Source: Macrostomum lignano
Taxonomy: Eukaryota
DNA length: 64,000 bases
NCBI GenBank assembly: GCA_002269645.1
Contig: NIVC01001444.1
Location: 124,001-188,000, forward strand
Reading direction: 5' to 3'
Part shown: positions 53,448 to 64,000 of the stretch, in pieces
Layout of the letters: the number at the start of each line of letters is the position of its first letter
How positions within the stretch are numbered: the stretch's first letter is position 1
Position numbers and translations under genes: made by a program
The notes under the pieces: generated by a model
The model's input: only the letters and a program-made list of their open reading frames with translations
Database searches by the model: none
Told to the model about the DNA's origin: nothing

Positions 53448-54699
53448 AGCAGTGCAGTTCTAATCGATCTTAGCCAAGAATTTCACGCACACTGGGCTAA
53501 CTTAACTCCCCCAGTTGAAACCAAGAAAGCAGTTTGGAGCTCGCTTTAGAATTAAGAGCAGGGGGCGAAGCGAGAGAAAGGTTTGCGCCGCTGCGGGGCT
53601 TTAATAGAAAATTCCAGCTGCCTGCCTACCTCAACCGCTCCTCGTGCTGGCCAGGCCTCGGGCTTGATTGGCCCTGGCGCTACCAGCTTTCCCAGGCCCA
53701 GCCCCCATCAGTGCAGTTAGTTTCTTTAAAGCGCTCGCCGGGGGGATTCCCGCATGCTTCTGTCGCTCTTCGCCAGGGTAAACCCCGATTCACGCCTGAT
53801 GCTAAATTTAGAACACAGTAAAAGGCTCACTGCAATCTTAAGCGTACTTGGAGATGTACACATAGCTGGGAATGTACACTGGCGGGAGGGTGTGCTTATT
53901 AGTCATGGTAGGGAGAGCGGAGGAGAGGAAGGAGCGGGCCGGTTCCTGCTTTGGCGGGGAGAGTTGCATCAACAGCACGCACACAAGCCCGGCTACTTCT
54001 ACTCGTACCGACCCGCGAGGGGAAGGGGGCTGTCAGTCAGCGTTTCGTTCTTCATCGCTCCTAACTCTCTCTGCCATACAATTTGAATCGGTCGAGATGA
54101 TTCTCTCTTGTTTGTATTTGCGCAGGCCCGCAATAAAAATACTAAAGCTCTCTGTCACCAACCCTCCTATATTCCCGTTCCGCTTCCTCATCCGACTCGC
54201 AGCTGTCTCCTCTCATTTCCCGTTTGCAATATTCTTGCAACAACACAAGCTTTCTCTCAGCATAGAGTGTACGCCATATGCCATATACGATATTGAATGA
54301 TAGGGAGCCTAACCAGCAAATAATAAGCAGCCGCCAATGTAGTCAAGTGTCTTGTGCATAGCTGGCTGGCTAGGTATCAATCTTTAGCTTGAAGGAGAGC
54401 GGATGGGGAATGCCACGGAGAAAGTGCATCGGGAGATTTTGAAGATTGCTGCAACTTTAACCATGTAAGGATAAAATTGACAAGAAACGGGAAATGCATG
54501 TCTTGCGTAAGATGCTTATCTAAGAGAAAGAGCAACTGTGTATGGATAGCTGTAATAAGCGCGGCTGGCGTTGCCACCGGGGGGGGGGGTGGGACATGCC
54601 AATTGGGACCTAGAAATTTTTCAAAAGATTTAATGACCTACTCTCTAATAATCTCTTAATTCTGCATAGCTTGATAAAAATTTAAACTTTCCGCTTCAT

Positions 54700-54780
54700 G
54701 GCGCTAAAATGAGTGCCTGTGGCGCCAAAATGAGTGCCCGCGGCGCCAAAATGAGTGCCCGCGGCGCTAAAATGAGTCAG
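54700..54780. repeat. Short 21-bp tandem repeat GGCGC(C/T)AAAATGAGTGCCCGC, about 4 units
   Basis: Direct reading. Confidence 0.8.
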
Positions 54781-54817
54781 TAAAATTCGAAGTCTCTAAC
54801 CAGGATTTTAAGCTGAC

Positions 54818-55127
54818 TGGGGGTTGTAGCCTAGTGGTTAGAGCGTCGGACTCACGACTTGAAGGTCGGGGGTTCGATTCCAGAATCCCACTGGAATAAT
54901 TTGTGTCCTTGAGCAAGACACTTAACTGTGCATTGCTTCAGTTCACCCAGCTGTAAAATGGGTGCCAGCATTAGCTGGGGTAATTGAGGCTGTGTGTGGC
55001 GACCCCCTGTCATTGGATTGAACAGCCGTACGCAGCCTTCAGATGCGCCGCGCAATAGCTGTGGCTGAGCTGTCGGTTGCACATCTGCTCATTAGGGCAG
55101 GTGTAATCAATTATTATTATTATTATA
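54818..55127 (+). mobile_element. Full-length tRNA-derived CORE-like SINE with 10-bp TSD
   Basis: A box TAGCCTAGTGG, B box GGTTCGATTCC, CORE-like block, (TAT)n tail. TSD TTAAGCTGAC at 54808-54817 and 55128-55137. Confidence 0.93.
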
Positions 55128-56459
55128 TTAAGCTGACAAAAGTGAAATACGGATAAGGTTTTTCAATAATTTTCCACACTGATGCTTCTAAAAGCTCTAA
55201 AAGCCTCCTTATACGGTTGAAGACAAATGATGCCAGGAGAACACAGATAGAGAACATCCAGCAAAATCAGGGTGCCTTCTTATAGCTTTCCGATATGTAT
55301 CGAAACTATAACCACAGTCTGAGCAAGAAGTTAGACAGTACAACCATTGCAACAACATGCAGCAGAGAGGCAAGAGGCCGGCAAGGCGAAATGGGGAGAC
55401 AGAGCTAGAAAAAGATTGGGAGAGGTCGGTCGGGACAGCCGCTGCATCGCTGTTAATTAGCAGCCACGCCCGAGTCCTCATGCAGGGGGGGGGGAGGTTG
55501 CTCCGGCCCCTGCGCTTCTAGCCCCCAGTCCCAATTAGAGTGCCCCCGGCCTGCGCACTAATTGGGGCAAATGAGAGGAAAATATGCATGTAGCATCGCA
55601 AACTTTTTCATATTCCCACAAAAAGCCTCACTATGACACCGCCGTTTCGGCCCCTCAAAACCGGCGCAGTTTTCCCAACTCCCGAGCGGCACAATGCAAA
55701 TGAACACAAATGATGCTCTTACTATCGAATCACAATGGCTGCTTTCATTGGATGTAGAGATCTTAAACAGCTTGGTATAGACATTAAATCAATGATGGAG
55801 AGCCTGGATGCTGGTTGTCAGCCCTGATCAGAGTAGCAACAGTTGCGGCACGATCCCCCGGACCCTGGGCGCCTCCCTGGATTGAAGGGAATGAAGTCGA
55901 ATGCCGTGGAAATTTTAAACCCCGGCAACGCTCAAATCCCCTGGCTATAGCTTTTTATCTTCTCCGCGGGGATTGCCACGGGCCGTCTTTCCCCATTTCA
56001 AAAAATAGGAAGCGAAATCCCATGAGTGACGGGCATGGACCCCAGGAACCCTATAGCTTAATCTATCTGTGCAGCTTCCATTGAAAACCCCGTGCAATAC
56101 TTTTCCTTTTATTCCTTCGGGTTTACTTGCCTTCCCCTCGCCTCCACCCCACCCGGTTCGCGTCCCCTTCCTTCATCAACAGGGATTTCTGTTTCTCTTT
56201 GCCTTTTGCCAATTTTTGTGGTCTTTAATCCTCGGACTGTGCTAGAATAGAAGATAGGATTGTGTTCGCATGGCATCTTGCCTCCTACAAATACATTCGA
56301 ATAGCCATCGGTAGCTCTGCTGTTTCGACATCAAATAGCAGGGGGAGATATACTGTTTTTTGCCTCAAATGGGTTGCAGGTTTTAATGAAAGCAATTCGA
56401 AGGGAGATTTTTATGTCTCAAACAGTCAGTTAGTTGAATTACCATAGGAAATATCGATT

Positions 56460-56890
56460 TAACTGTCTATGACTTTAATTACTAGTTAGGTTCAACTGTC
56501 TATGGTATAAACAGCCAGTTGGATTCAACTGTCTATGGCTTAAACTGACGGTTGGACTCAAGTCAGCAGCTGTGTATGGCCCAAACTGTTGGTTAGATTT
56601 AACTGTCTATGGCCCAAACTGTTGGTTAGCTTTAACTGTCTATGGTCCAAACTGTTGGTTAGCTTTAACTGTCTATGGCCCAAACTGTTAGTTCGATTCA
56701 ACTTTCTATGAATTAAACTCTTGATTTAATTTTACTGTCTATGGCACAAACTTTTAGTTAGATTCAACTGTCTATGGCCAAAACTGTTGGTTAGGTTTAA
56801 CTGTCTATGACTTAAGCTCGATTTAATTTAATTGTCTATGGCCCAAACTGTAAGGTGGATTCAACTGTCTATGGCCCAAACTGTTAGTTA
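56460..56890. repeat. Degenerate about 33-bp tandem repeat (TTTAACTGTCTATGGCCCAAACTGTTGGTTAG)
   Basis: Recurring AACTGTCTATG core by direct reading. Confidence 0.85.
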
Positions 56891-58238
56891 AATAAGTTAG
56901 TAACATGGTTGTCTTTATTATCAACTTGGCTGACAAAGCAATGTCCGCAGGATGAAATATGCTGAAAAATGTGCCAGAACAAAGTTATAAAGGCAAAGTT
57001 AAAACAAATAAGAATTAGAAGCATTTGCTAGTCTAGCACGCGCAACTGACGGCCTTACTATATATGGATATAATAATAACATATTGCTAATTTTCTATTA
57101 GAATCAATCACTGATCTACTGTCTGCACTCGATATATTTGTTTAATCAATTGTCAAATTTCACCAAATTGTTAAATTTACGTAGTGCAAAGGAATTAATA
57201 ATGCGTAATGCTTTTGTATTTAAAAAATCTCAATCTGCATAGGGAAACGAAGCGTTAGGACTTTTTGATTCATATATAAATTTTGTTAAAACTGAAATGG
57301 ATCAAGGAGAGACAAAACGGTTGGGTGAAGAGAGACAATATAAGATGAAGAGCATCATAAATATTAATAGAATGAGAAACTCTCTCCCGGATTAGCTCGA
57401 GTACAACAGGGGTAGCAGCAGAGATTAGACTCAACTAACTGAATAAAACAAAAAATGGAATAATGAAGCATTATTACTCTATCAGATAGCTAGTAGGTTG
57501 GAATTAAAATTAACCCAAATGATAAAGGACAGAACTACCGTGAACTAACAATATTAATAGTGTTATATATCATATGATTAGAGTACAACAGACAGAGGCT
57601 AGCTACCCACTAAAAAATGAATAATTATATCATACTAGTAGCATACATGCGCAACACCCGGCCAAGATAAATCGACCCGATGCCCACCCGAAAAAGTAGG
57701 CGTAGTACTAATTAGATGACGAGGCATTAAGCTTTAATAATACATTCATAGTTACTCTTGCCGTTAACCCAAACTTATTACGTTACTTTTTACATAGGTT
57801 TCTTTCATTCTTGGTAAAAGAAGTAAGTCGCACGGCCAGTGTAAATCAGGGGGGTTGCGCATGTGTGTAACTAAGTAAACTAGCATATTCTATAATGTAC
57901 TCGGGAATTTACAATCATAATCAGTCGCGATAATAACAGGGAAAAATAATAAATAAATAAATAATAACAATCGCGCTGGGTGACGGAGACACAGTGGGAA
58001 TAGGGAGGGAGGGGGGAATCTGTGAGACTGGCTGAGCACACGGGCGGTCTGTATACGATTTGAGAGACAGTTAAGCGGGGATGCCAGGCTAATGCACTAA
58101 TTAATAGAGATAGATAGAGACCAGGGGAAGAGAGTGCGGGAATCGGTGGAGTGGCATCAGTGCTTATTATGCAGTTAGTTGTTAGTCGGTCATAGGACAG
58201 TCTGGCAGGACCGCCTATAGCCGCTAATATATGGAATT

Positions 58239-61200
58239 TCAAGCCGCAGCCTGCTTGCCGGGGCTGTAGTACTTTTCAATAGTGCTAGCCGGGATCCGGT
58301 TCAGCATGCGCGGCGGGAATGTGCGCAACAGCTGCCAGCCGAGGTCCAGCGAGTCCATGATGGTGCGGTTCTCGTACGGGCCTGCGGGCGGGACCGGGCT
58401 TTTATCTTGTACTTGGCAGCTAGATCTCAGCTGTGGTATGGGATCTCATCTCAGCTGTGGTATAGGATCTCATCTCAGCTGTGGTATGGGATCTCATCTC
58501 AGCTATGGGATTTCATCTCAGCTGTGGTATGGGATCTCATCTCAGCTGTGGTATGGGATGTCATCTCAGCTGTGCTATGGGATCTTATCTCAGCTATGGG
58601 ATTTCATCTCAGCTGTGGTATGGGATCTCATCTCAGCTGTGCTATGGGATCTCATCTCAGCTGTCGTATGGGATCTCATCTCAGCTGTGGTATGGGATCT
58701 CATCTCAGCTCTCGAATGGGATCTTATCTTAACTATGGTATGGGATCTCATCTCAGCTCCGAAATCCTATTTTAACTCCTTGAGCTTATCTCATATCCAA
58801 AACCTCATGAGATCCGAAATCTGATGGCAGATTTGAATTTTTTCGGTTATCTAGAAATCTAGAAATCGGTTAGATTAGACACAGAGCTCGGAAATCTCAT
58901 CTAAAAATCGGTGAGATTAGATAGGGAAACTGCAATTTGTTATCTAGCATAGAGATACAAAAATCGAATGCTGGAATAAGGTGAGATCAGAGGCGGATCT
59001 CTGCAGACTGAAAAAGTTTAGCTTAGCCAGGACAAAAATTGCTCAGAACTGAGTGGTTAGAAAAGCATTCATTCCACAGCAACAAAACAGACAGGCATTA
59101 CTAGATGAATTCAGCTGGGGGCAGACAGCGCCTGACAGGCGAATAATGGTAGTGTCAGGAGGCGGACTTCAGTCTGCCAAACTCTGTTAGCCGGGAATGC
59201 TAGGGGGAAAAGGCCGGCTATCACACTCTATTATAATGGATTATATACAAAACCAACTCGGGGGGGGGGTGATATGACAGGCAAGCGGAGACCAGCTAGG
59301 CAGCAGAGTGACAATGCAACCGGGAGTGAGCTGAGCTGGACAGGGCAGGATTATCTGTATTATACGAGTCCCGACCGAGACAGGGCTCGGGTCGATCAGT
59401 TTTTCTTTTTTAAGTCAAAGTTGGAGTAGTGGCAGGCCACAGGCAAGGCGGCGGGCAAAGAATATATTATAGCTGTGGCCCGGGCTGACAGCTAGCCGCC
59501 TACTCGGAATAAGGCGAAAAAAGACTGAGCAACAAATTACACGTGGCAGAATAGCAGCCTAAGTAAGAAAGCGTATTATTATCAACTAAAGTGCAAAGCC
59601 AGCTATGCCTCTAACGCATGCAGAAAGTTGTTGCAGTTTGCTGCATCCTTTTAAACGAATATTTTCTTAACGCTACAATAAAGGGAAGCAATTTTTAACA
59701 CCGTAGTATTAAAGAACGCGAGAGGGTATGGAAGCAGAGAAGGAAGAGGTCATAGTCCATCCAAGGTGCTTCATTGTAACATTGAACCGCAGAACGATAC
59801 ACTTCAGTAACTGGATCTAGTAATGTGCTTAAATTATGAGCCATCGTTGAGGAAGAGAATAAAATACGAGCTAAACGAGCATGAGAGAAAGAAATCCCAG
59901 AGAGAAGACGGAGAGAGAAAGGGGCAAATCAAGCATACAGAGGAGAAAGAGAAATATCCCACACACACACACACATAGAAGAGAGAAATCCCACACACAC
60001 AGAGAGAGAAGATACTTCAAGTAGAAATCCTATACACACAGAGAGAAAAGAAAAGTCCCACACAGACAAACACACACACACACACACACAGAGAGAGAAG
60101 AGAAATCCCACACAGAGAGAAGAGAGAAATCCCACACAGAGAGAAGAGAGAAATCCCACACACACACAGAAAGAGAGAAATCCCACACAGAGAGAAGAGA
60201 GAAATACCCCCACACACACGCAGAGAAGAGAGAAATCCCACACAGAGAGAAGAGAGAAATATCCCCACACACACGCAGAGAAGAGAGAAATCCCACACAG
60301 AGAAGAGAGAAATCCCACACAGAGAGAAGAGAGAAATCCTACACAGAGAGAAGAAAGAAACACCCCCACACACACGCAGAGAAGAGAGAAATCCCACACA
60401 GAGAGAAGAGAGAAATCCCACACACACACACAGAAAGAGAGAAATCCCACACAGAGAGAAGAGAGAAATCCTACACAGAGAGAAGAGAGAAATCCTACAC
60501 AGAGAGAAGAGAGAAATACCCCCACACACACGCAGAGAAGAGAGAAATCCAACACAGAGAAGAGAGAAATCCCACACAGAGAGAAGAGAGAAATCCCACA
60601 CAGAGAAGAGAGAAATCCCACACAGAGAGAAAAGAGAAATCCCACACAGAGAAGAGAGAAATCCTACACAGAGAGAAGAGAGAAACACCCCCACACACAC
60701 GCAGAGAAGAGAGAAATCCCACACAGAGAGAAGAGAGAAATCCTACACAGAGAGAAGAGAGAAATACCCCCACACACACGCAGAGAAGAGAGAAATCCCC
60801 CCCCACACACACAGAGAGAGAGAAGAGAAAAATCCCCCCCACACACACACACACACAGAGAAGAGAGAAATCCCACACAGAGAGTAGACAAGAAAGACAG
60901 GAGAGGGGAGACAGACAGGCGGGCCAGTTTGAATAAGCTGCAGCCAACATGACGCACAAGCGCGGTGCACAATCCGAACAGCAGAGAGGGCAAAGGGAAT
61001 AAATAAATAGATTCGCGGGCGAGTAAAAAGCGAGACACAGGCAGGTGCAACAGGTGCGGACCGGTCCTGACTTGCCATTGCGAGAGAAGGCAGAAATAAA
61101 TTAATAATTTATAATTCCTTTCCACTTGAGCTAGGAGGACGGCACCTACCCAGAAAGGCGCTAAAAACCCGATTGATACTGACTAGCCTAGCAATTTATA

Positions 61201-62521
61201 TATTCTATTTACATATACGCTCTATCCGATTCATATCGAATAAAGCTGATGTAAGGAGTCTTCTTTCATTTTATACGAGCGTATTATATCCGCGGAGTCG
61301 TGAAGATTGTCAAGTAGATAGGTAGATTAAATAGGTAAATAGGTAGATTGGATGGGTAGATTAAATAGGTAAATAGGTAGATTGGATGGGTAGATTAAAT
61401 AGGTAAATAGGTAGATTAGATTGGTAGATTAAATAGGTAGATTGGTAGATTGGTAGATTAGATAAGTGGACTGGTAGATTAGATAGGTAGATTGGTAGAT
61501 TAGATAGGTAGATTAGTAGATTGAATAAGTAGATTGGTAGATTTAATAGGTAGATTGGTAGATTAAATAGGTAGATTGGTAGATTAAATAGTTAGACTGG
61601 TAGATTGGTAGATTGGTAGATTAAATAGGTAGATTGGTAGATTGGTAGATTAGATAGGTAGATTGGTAGATTAAATAGGTAGATTGGTAGATTGGTAGAT
61701 TAGATAGGTAGATTGGTAGATTAAATAGGTAGATTGGTAGATTGGTAGATTAGATAGGTAGATTGGTAGATTAAATAGGTAGATTGGTAGATTAAATAGG
61801 TAGATTGGTAGATTAAATTGGTAGATTGGTAGATTAAATTGGTAGATTGGTAGATTAAATAGGTAGATTGGTAGATTAAATAGGTAGATTGGTAGATTAA
61901 ATAGGTAGATTGGTAGATTAAATAGGTAGATTGGTAGATTGGTAGATTAGATAGGTAGATTAGTAGATTGAATAAGTAGATTGGTAGATTTAATAGGTAG
62001 ATTGGTAGATTAAATAGGTAGATTGGTAGATTAAATAGTTAGATTGGTAGATTAGATTGGTAGATTGGTAGATTAAATAGGTAGATTGGTAGATTAAATA
62101 GGTAGATTGGTAGATTAGATAGGTAGATTGGTAGATTAAATAGGTAGATTGGTAGATTAAATAGGTAGATTGGTAGATTAAATAGGTAGATTGGTAGATT
62201 AAATAGGTAGATTGGTAGATTAAATAGGTAGATTGGTAGATTGGTAGATTAAATAGGTAGATTGGTAGATTAAATAGGTGGACTGGTAGATTAAAGGTAG
62301 AACTGATAGCTAGAATGAAGAGCAGAGTAGATAGTACAGATCATGACAGCCCAGCCAGCCATCGCAGCATCGCAGAATCATCAAAGCTCACCCTGATTGA
62401 TGAATTTCTTTTCAAAGTTGTTGAGAAACTCCAGATAGAGATGGTCATCAGCGGACAGGGCCTCCTCGCCCACCACGGCCTTCATGGCCTGCACGTCCTT
62501 GCCGATGGCGTAGCAGGCGTA
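58239..62521 (-). CDS. ATP6V1B: V-type proton ATPase subunit B, last two coding exons, join(62392..62521,58239..58381); 5' exons not found in the window
   Basis: [44 protein letters not shown]|[46 protein letters not shown], which is the conserved V1-B C-terminus. GT-AG phase-1 junction. Confidence 0.95.
58425..58760. repeat. 24-bp minisatellite GATCTCATCTCAGCTGTGGTATGG near the last V-ATPase B acceptor
   Basis: Direct reading. Confidence 0.94.
59950..60890. repeat. Compound AG/AC-rich minisatellite (AGAGAAGAGAGAAATCCCACAC..) in the V-ATPase B intron
   Basis: Direct reading. Confidence 0.94.
61312..62300. repeat. GGTAGATT / GGTAGATTAAATA minisatellite in the V-ATPase B intron
   Basis: Direct reading. 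Confidence 0.96.
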
Positions 62522-62699
62522 CTGGAATCGGTGAATGGGTGCTCTGGGAGTGAGTTCTGGCACATTAAATAAATAACAGGCTACTAATCCCGAAGTTAAA
62601 ATTTCGGTAAATAATAAATATTATATTTCGGATAATATGCAGCAAATATACAGGGGTTAGGACTCGAAATGTATAGCTAAAAGAATTCACATTGACTAT

Positions 62700-63175
62700 C
62701 ACCAAAAATGCCAAGGGTTTTGATTCCAAAATGCCAAGGGATTTCGATCCCAAAATAAAAAGGGATTTCGATCCCAAAATTCCAGGGGATTTTGATCCAA
62801 AAAGACAAGGGATTTTGGTCCCAAAATGCCAAGATATTTTGATCCCAAAATGCCAAAGGATTTTAATCCCAAAATGACAAGATATTTTGATCCCAAAATG
62901 CCAAGGGATTTGGATTCCAAAATGACGAAGGATTTTGATCCCAAAATGCCATGGGATTTTAATCCCAAAATGCCAAGATATTTTGATCCTAAAATGCCAA
63001 GGGATTTGGATTCCAAAATGACAAGGGATTTCGATTCCGAAATGCCAAGAGATTTAGATTTTAAAATGACAAGGGATTTTGATCTTAAATCCCAAAACGA
63101 AATGGGATTTTGATCCCAAAATTTCATGGATTTTCGATCCAAAAATGACAAGGGAATTAGATCCTAAAATTTAAA
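62700..63175. repeat. 24-bp minisatellite GGGATTTTGATCCCAAAATGCCAA
   Basis: Direct reading; 8-aa periodic artefact ORFs. Confidence 0.93.
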
Positions 63176-64000
63176 TATTTTACTAAATTTCTTCTCTAAG
63201 CTACAAGACAGAGCAAGACAAACGCTTGAAAAAAATGAAATCAAAAGTGCAGAAAGAGAATTCAGCACTCCAAACTGTTACACTCAGTTTTTTATTACGT
63301 TTAGAAACGCATATAAATAAATCTATTTGAATTGCAGATTTCTTATTCACTTAAAAATGGCGCCTTTAAAGCCACTCGATCAGACCCTTGGAGAATGCGA
63401 AGTTTAGTCCGTAAATCACATCATCCAGTCTTAAGAAGCGTCAGTCAAGGGCAAGACAGGTTCCGCAATGGCGGGGGCGGGTGTTGAAACTGCGTAAATT
63501 TACCAGTATGTAATCTACTTGATGTAACTTCTAGATAGAACCCAGCCTATAACAAGTAGTAAAAAGAGTAGTTGATATCAATAAAAGTTGATTTGATTAT
63601 TTATTAATAATTTCTTAATAAAATAACTGCATTCAGTGTTTTTAAACTCTGAGCATTGTAAATACTCTTTTAACTGAAGATTTTCCCGATATAATTACAC
63701 AGTCATGAATATTGTTCTTCAAGGCCTTCATCGCAGGCTGTTGCACCTTAGGCATGGGAGTTTCTCGAAAGTGTAGCTTCTTTATAAATATTAACGAATG
63801 ACTGCGTACTACTGAGCTCCCCCCCCGACCTCACTGCTGCATTGATAGTCCCGCTTCACTAATTGCGTCTCTATTTGAGCCCAAATTTCATTTTGTTGAA
63901 TCCATTCAATCATTTCTCGGCGCCATTCTACCCTATTAACTGTCTACTCTTTTCCACTGTAGTATTTGTACACCCCTACCCTAGCCGGATGCGAGAGTGG

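Noticed and set aside
59929-61125. Cys/Leu-rich hydrophobic ORFs (up to 238 aa) on the minus strand
   Set aside because: Translations of the AG/AC-rich intronic array inside the V-ATPase B intron.

Overview
Eukaryotic (animal) genomic DNA, very rich in minisatellites, with GC-rich exons. The style is consistent with a flatworm such as Macrostomum, but that assignment is an inference. Reading exons by hand gave five genes: (1) the terminal exon of an unidentified + strand gene (14351-14901) just after a >14-kb 54/61-bp satellite; (2) RPL19 on the minus strand, with a 5-nt first coding exon at 23843-23847, a 3.8-kb AT-rich intron containing a MITE, and exon 2 at 19512-20067; (3) a complete 10-exon acatalytic carbonic anhydrase-related gene (CA10/CARP-like, + strand, 25461-38882, 327 aa); (4) a 5-exon MXD/Mad-family SID-bHLH-ZIP repressor (minus strand, 41679-53447); (5) the last two exons of V-ATPase subunit B (minus strand). 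Intron 1 of the CARP gene holds a full-length antisense 5.9-kb LINE (ORF1, then APE-RT-RNase H-CCHC) with a perfect 14-bp TSD, inserted inside a 21-bp minisatellite. There are also four tRNA-headed SINEs with a CORE-like domain and a decayed RT relic. Almost every long intron is filled by its own private minisatellite. Most long ORFs in the supplied track are repeat-translation artefacts. All coordinates were counted by hand; no database searches were run.
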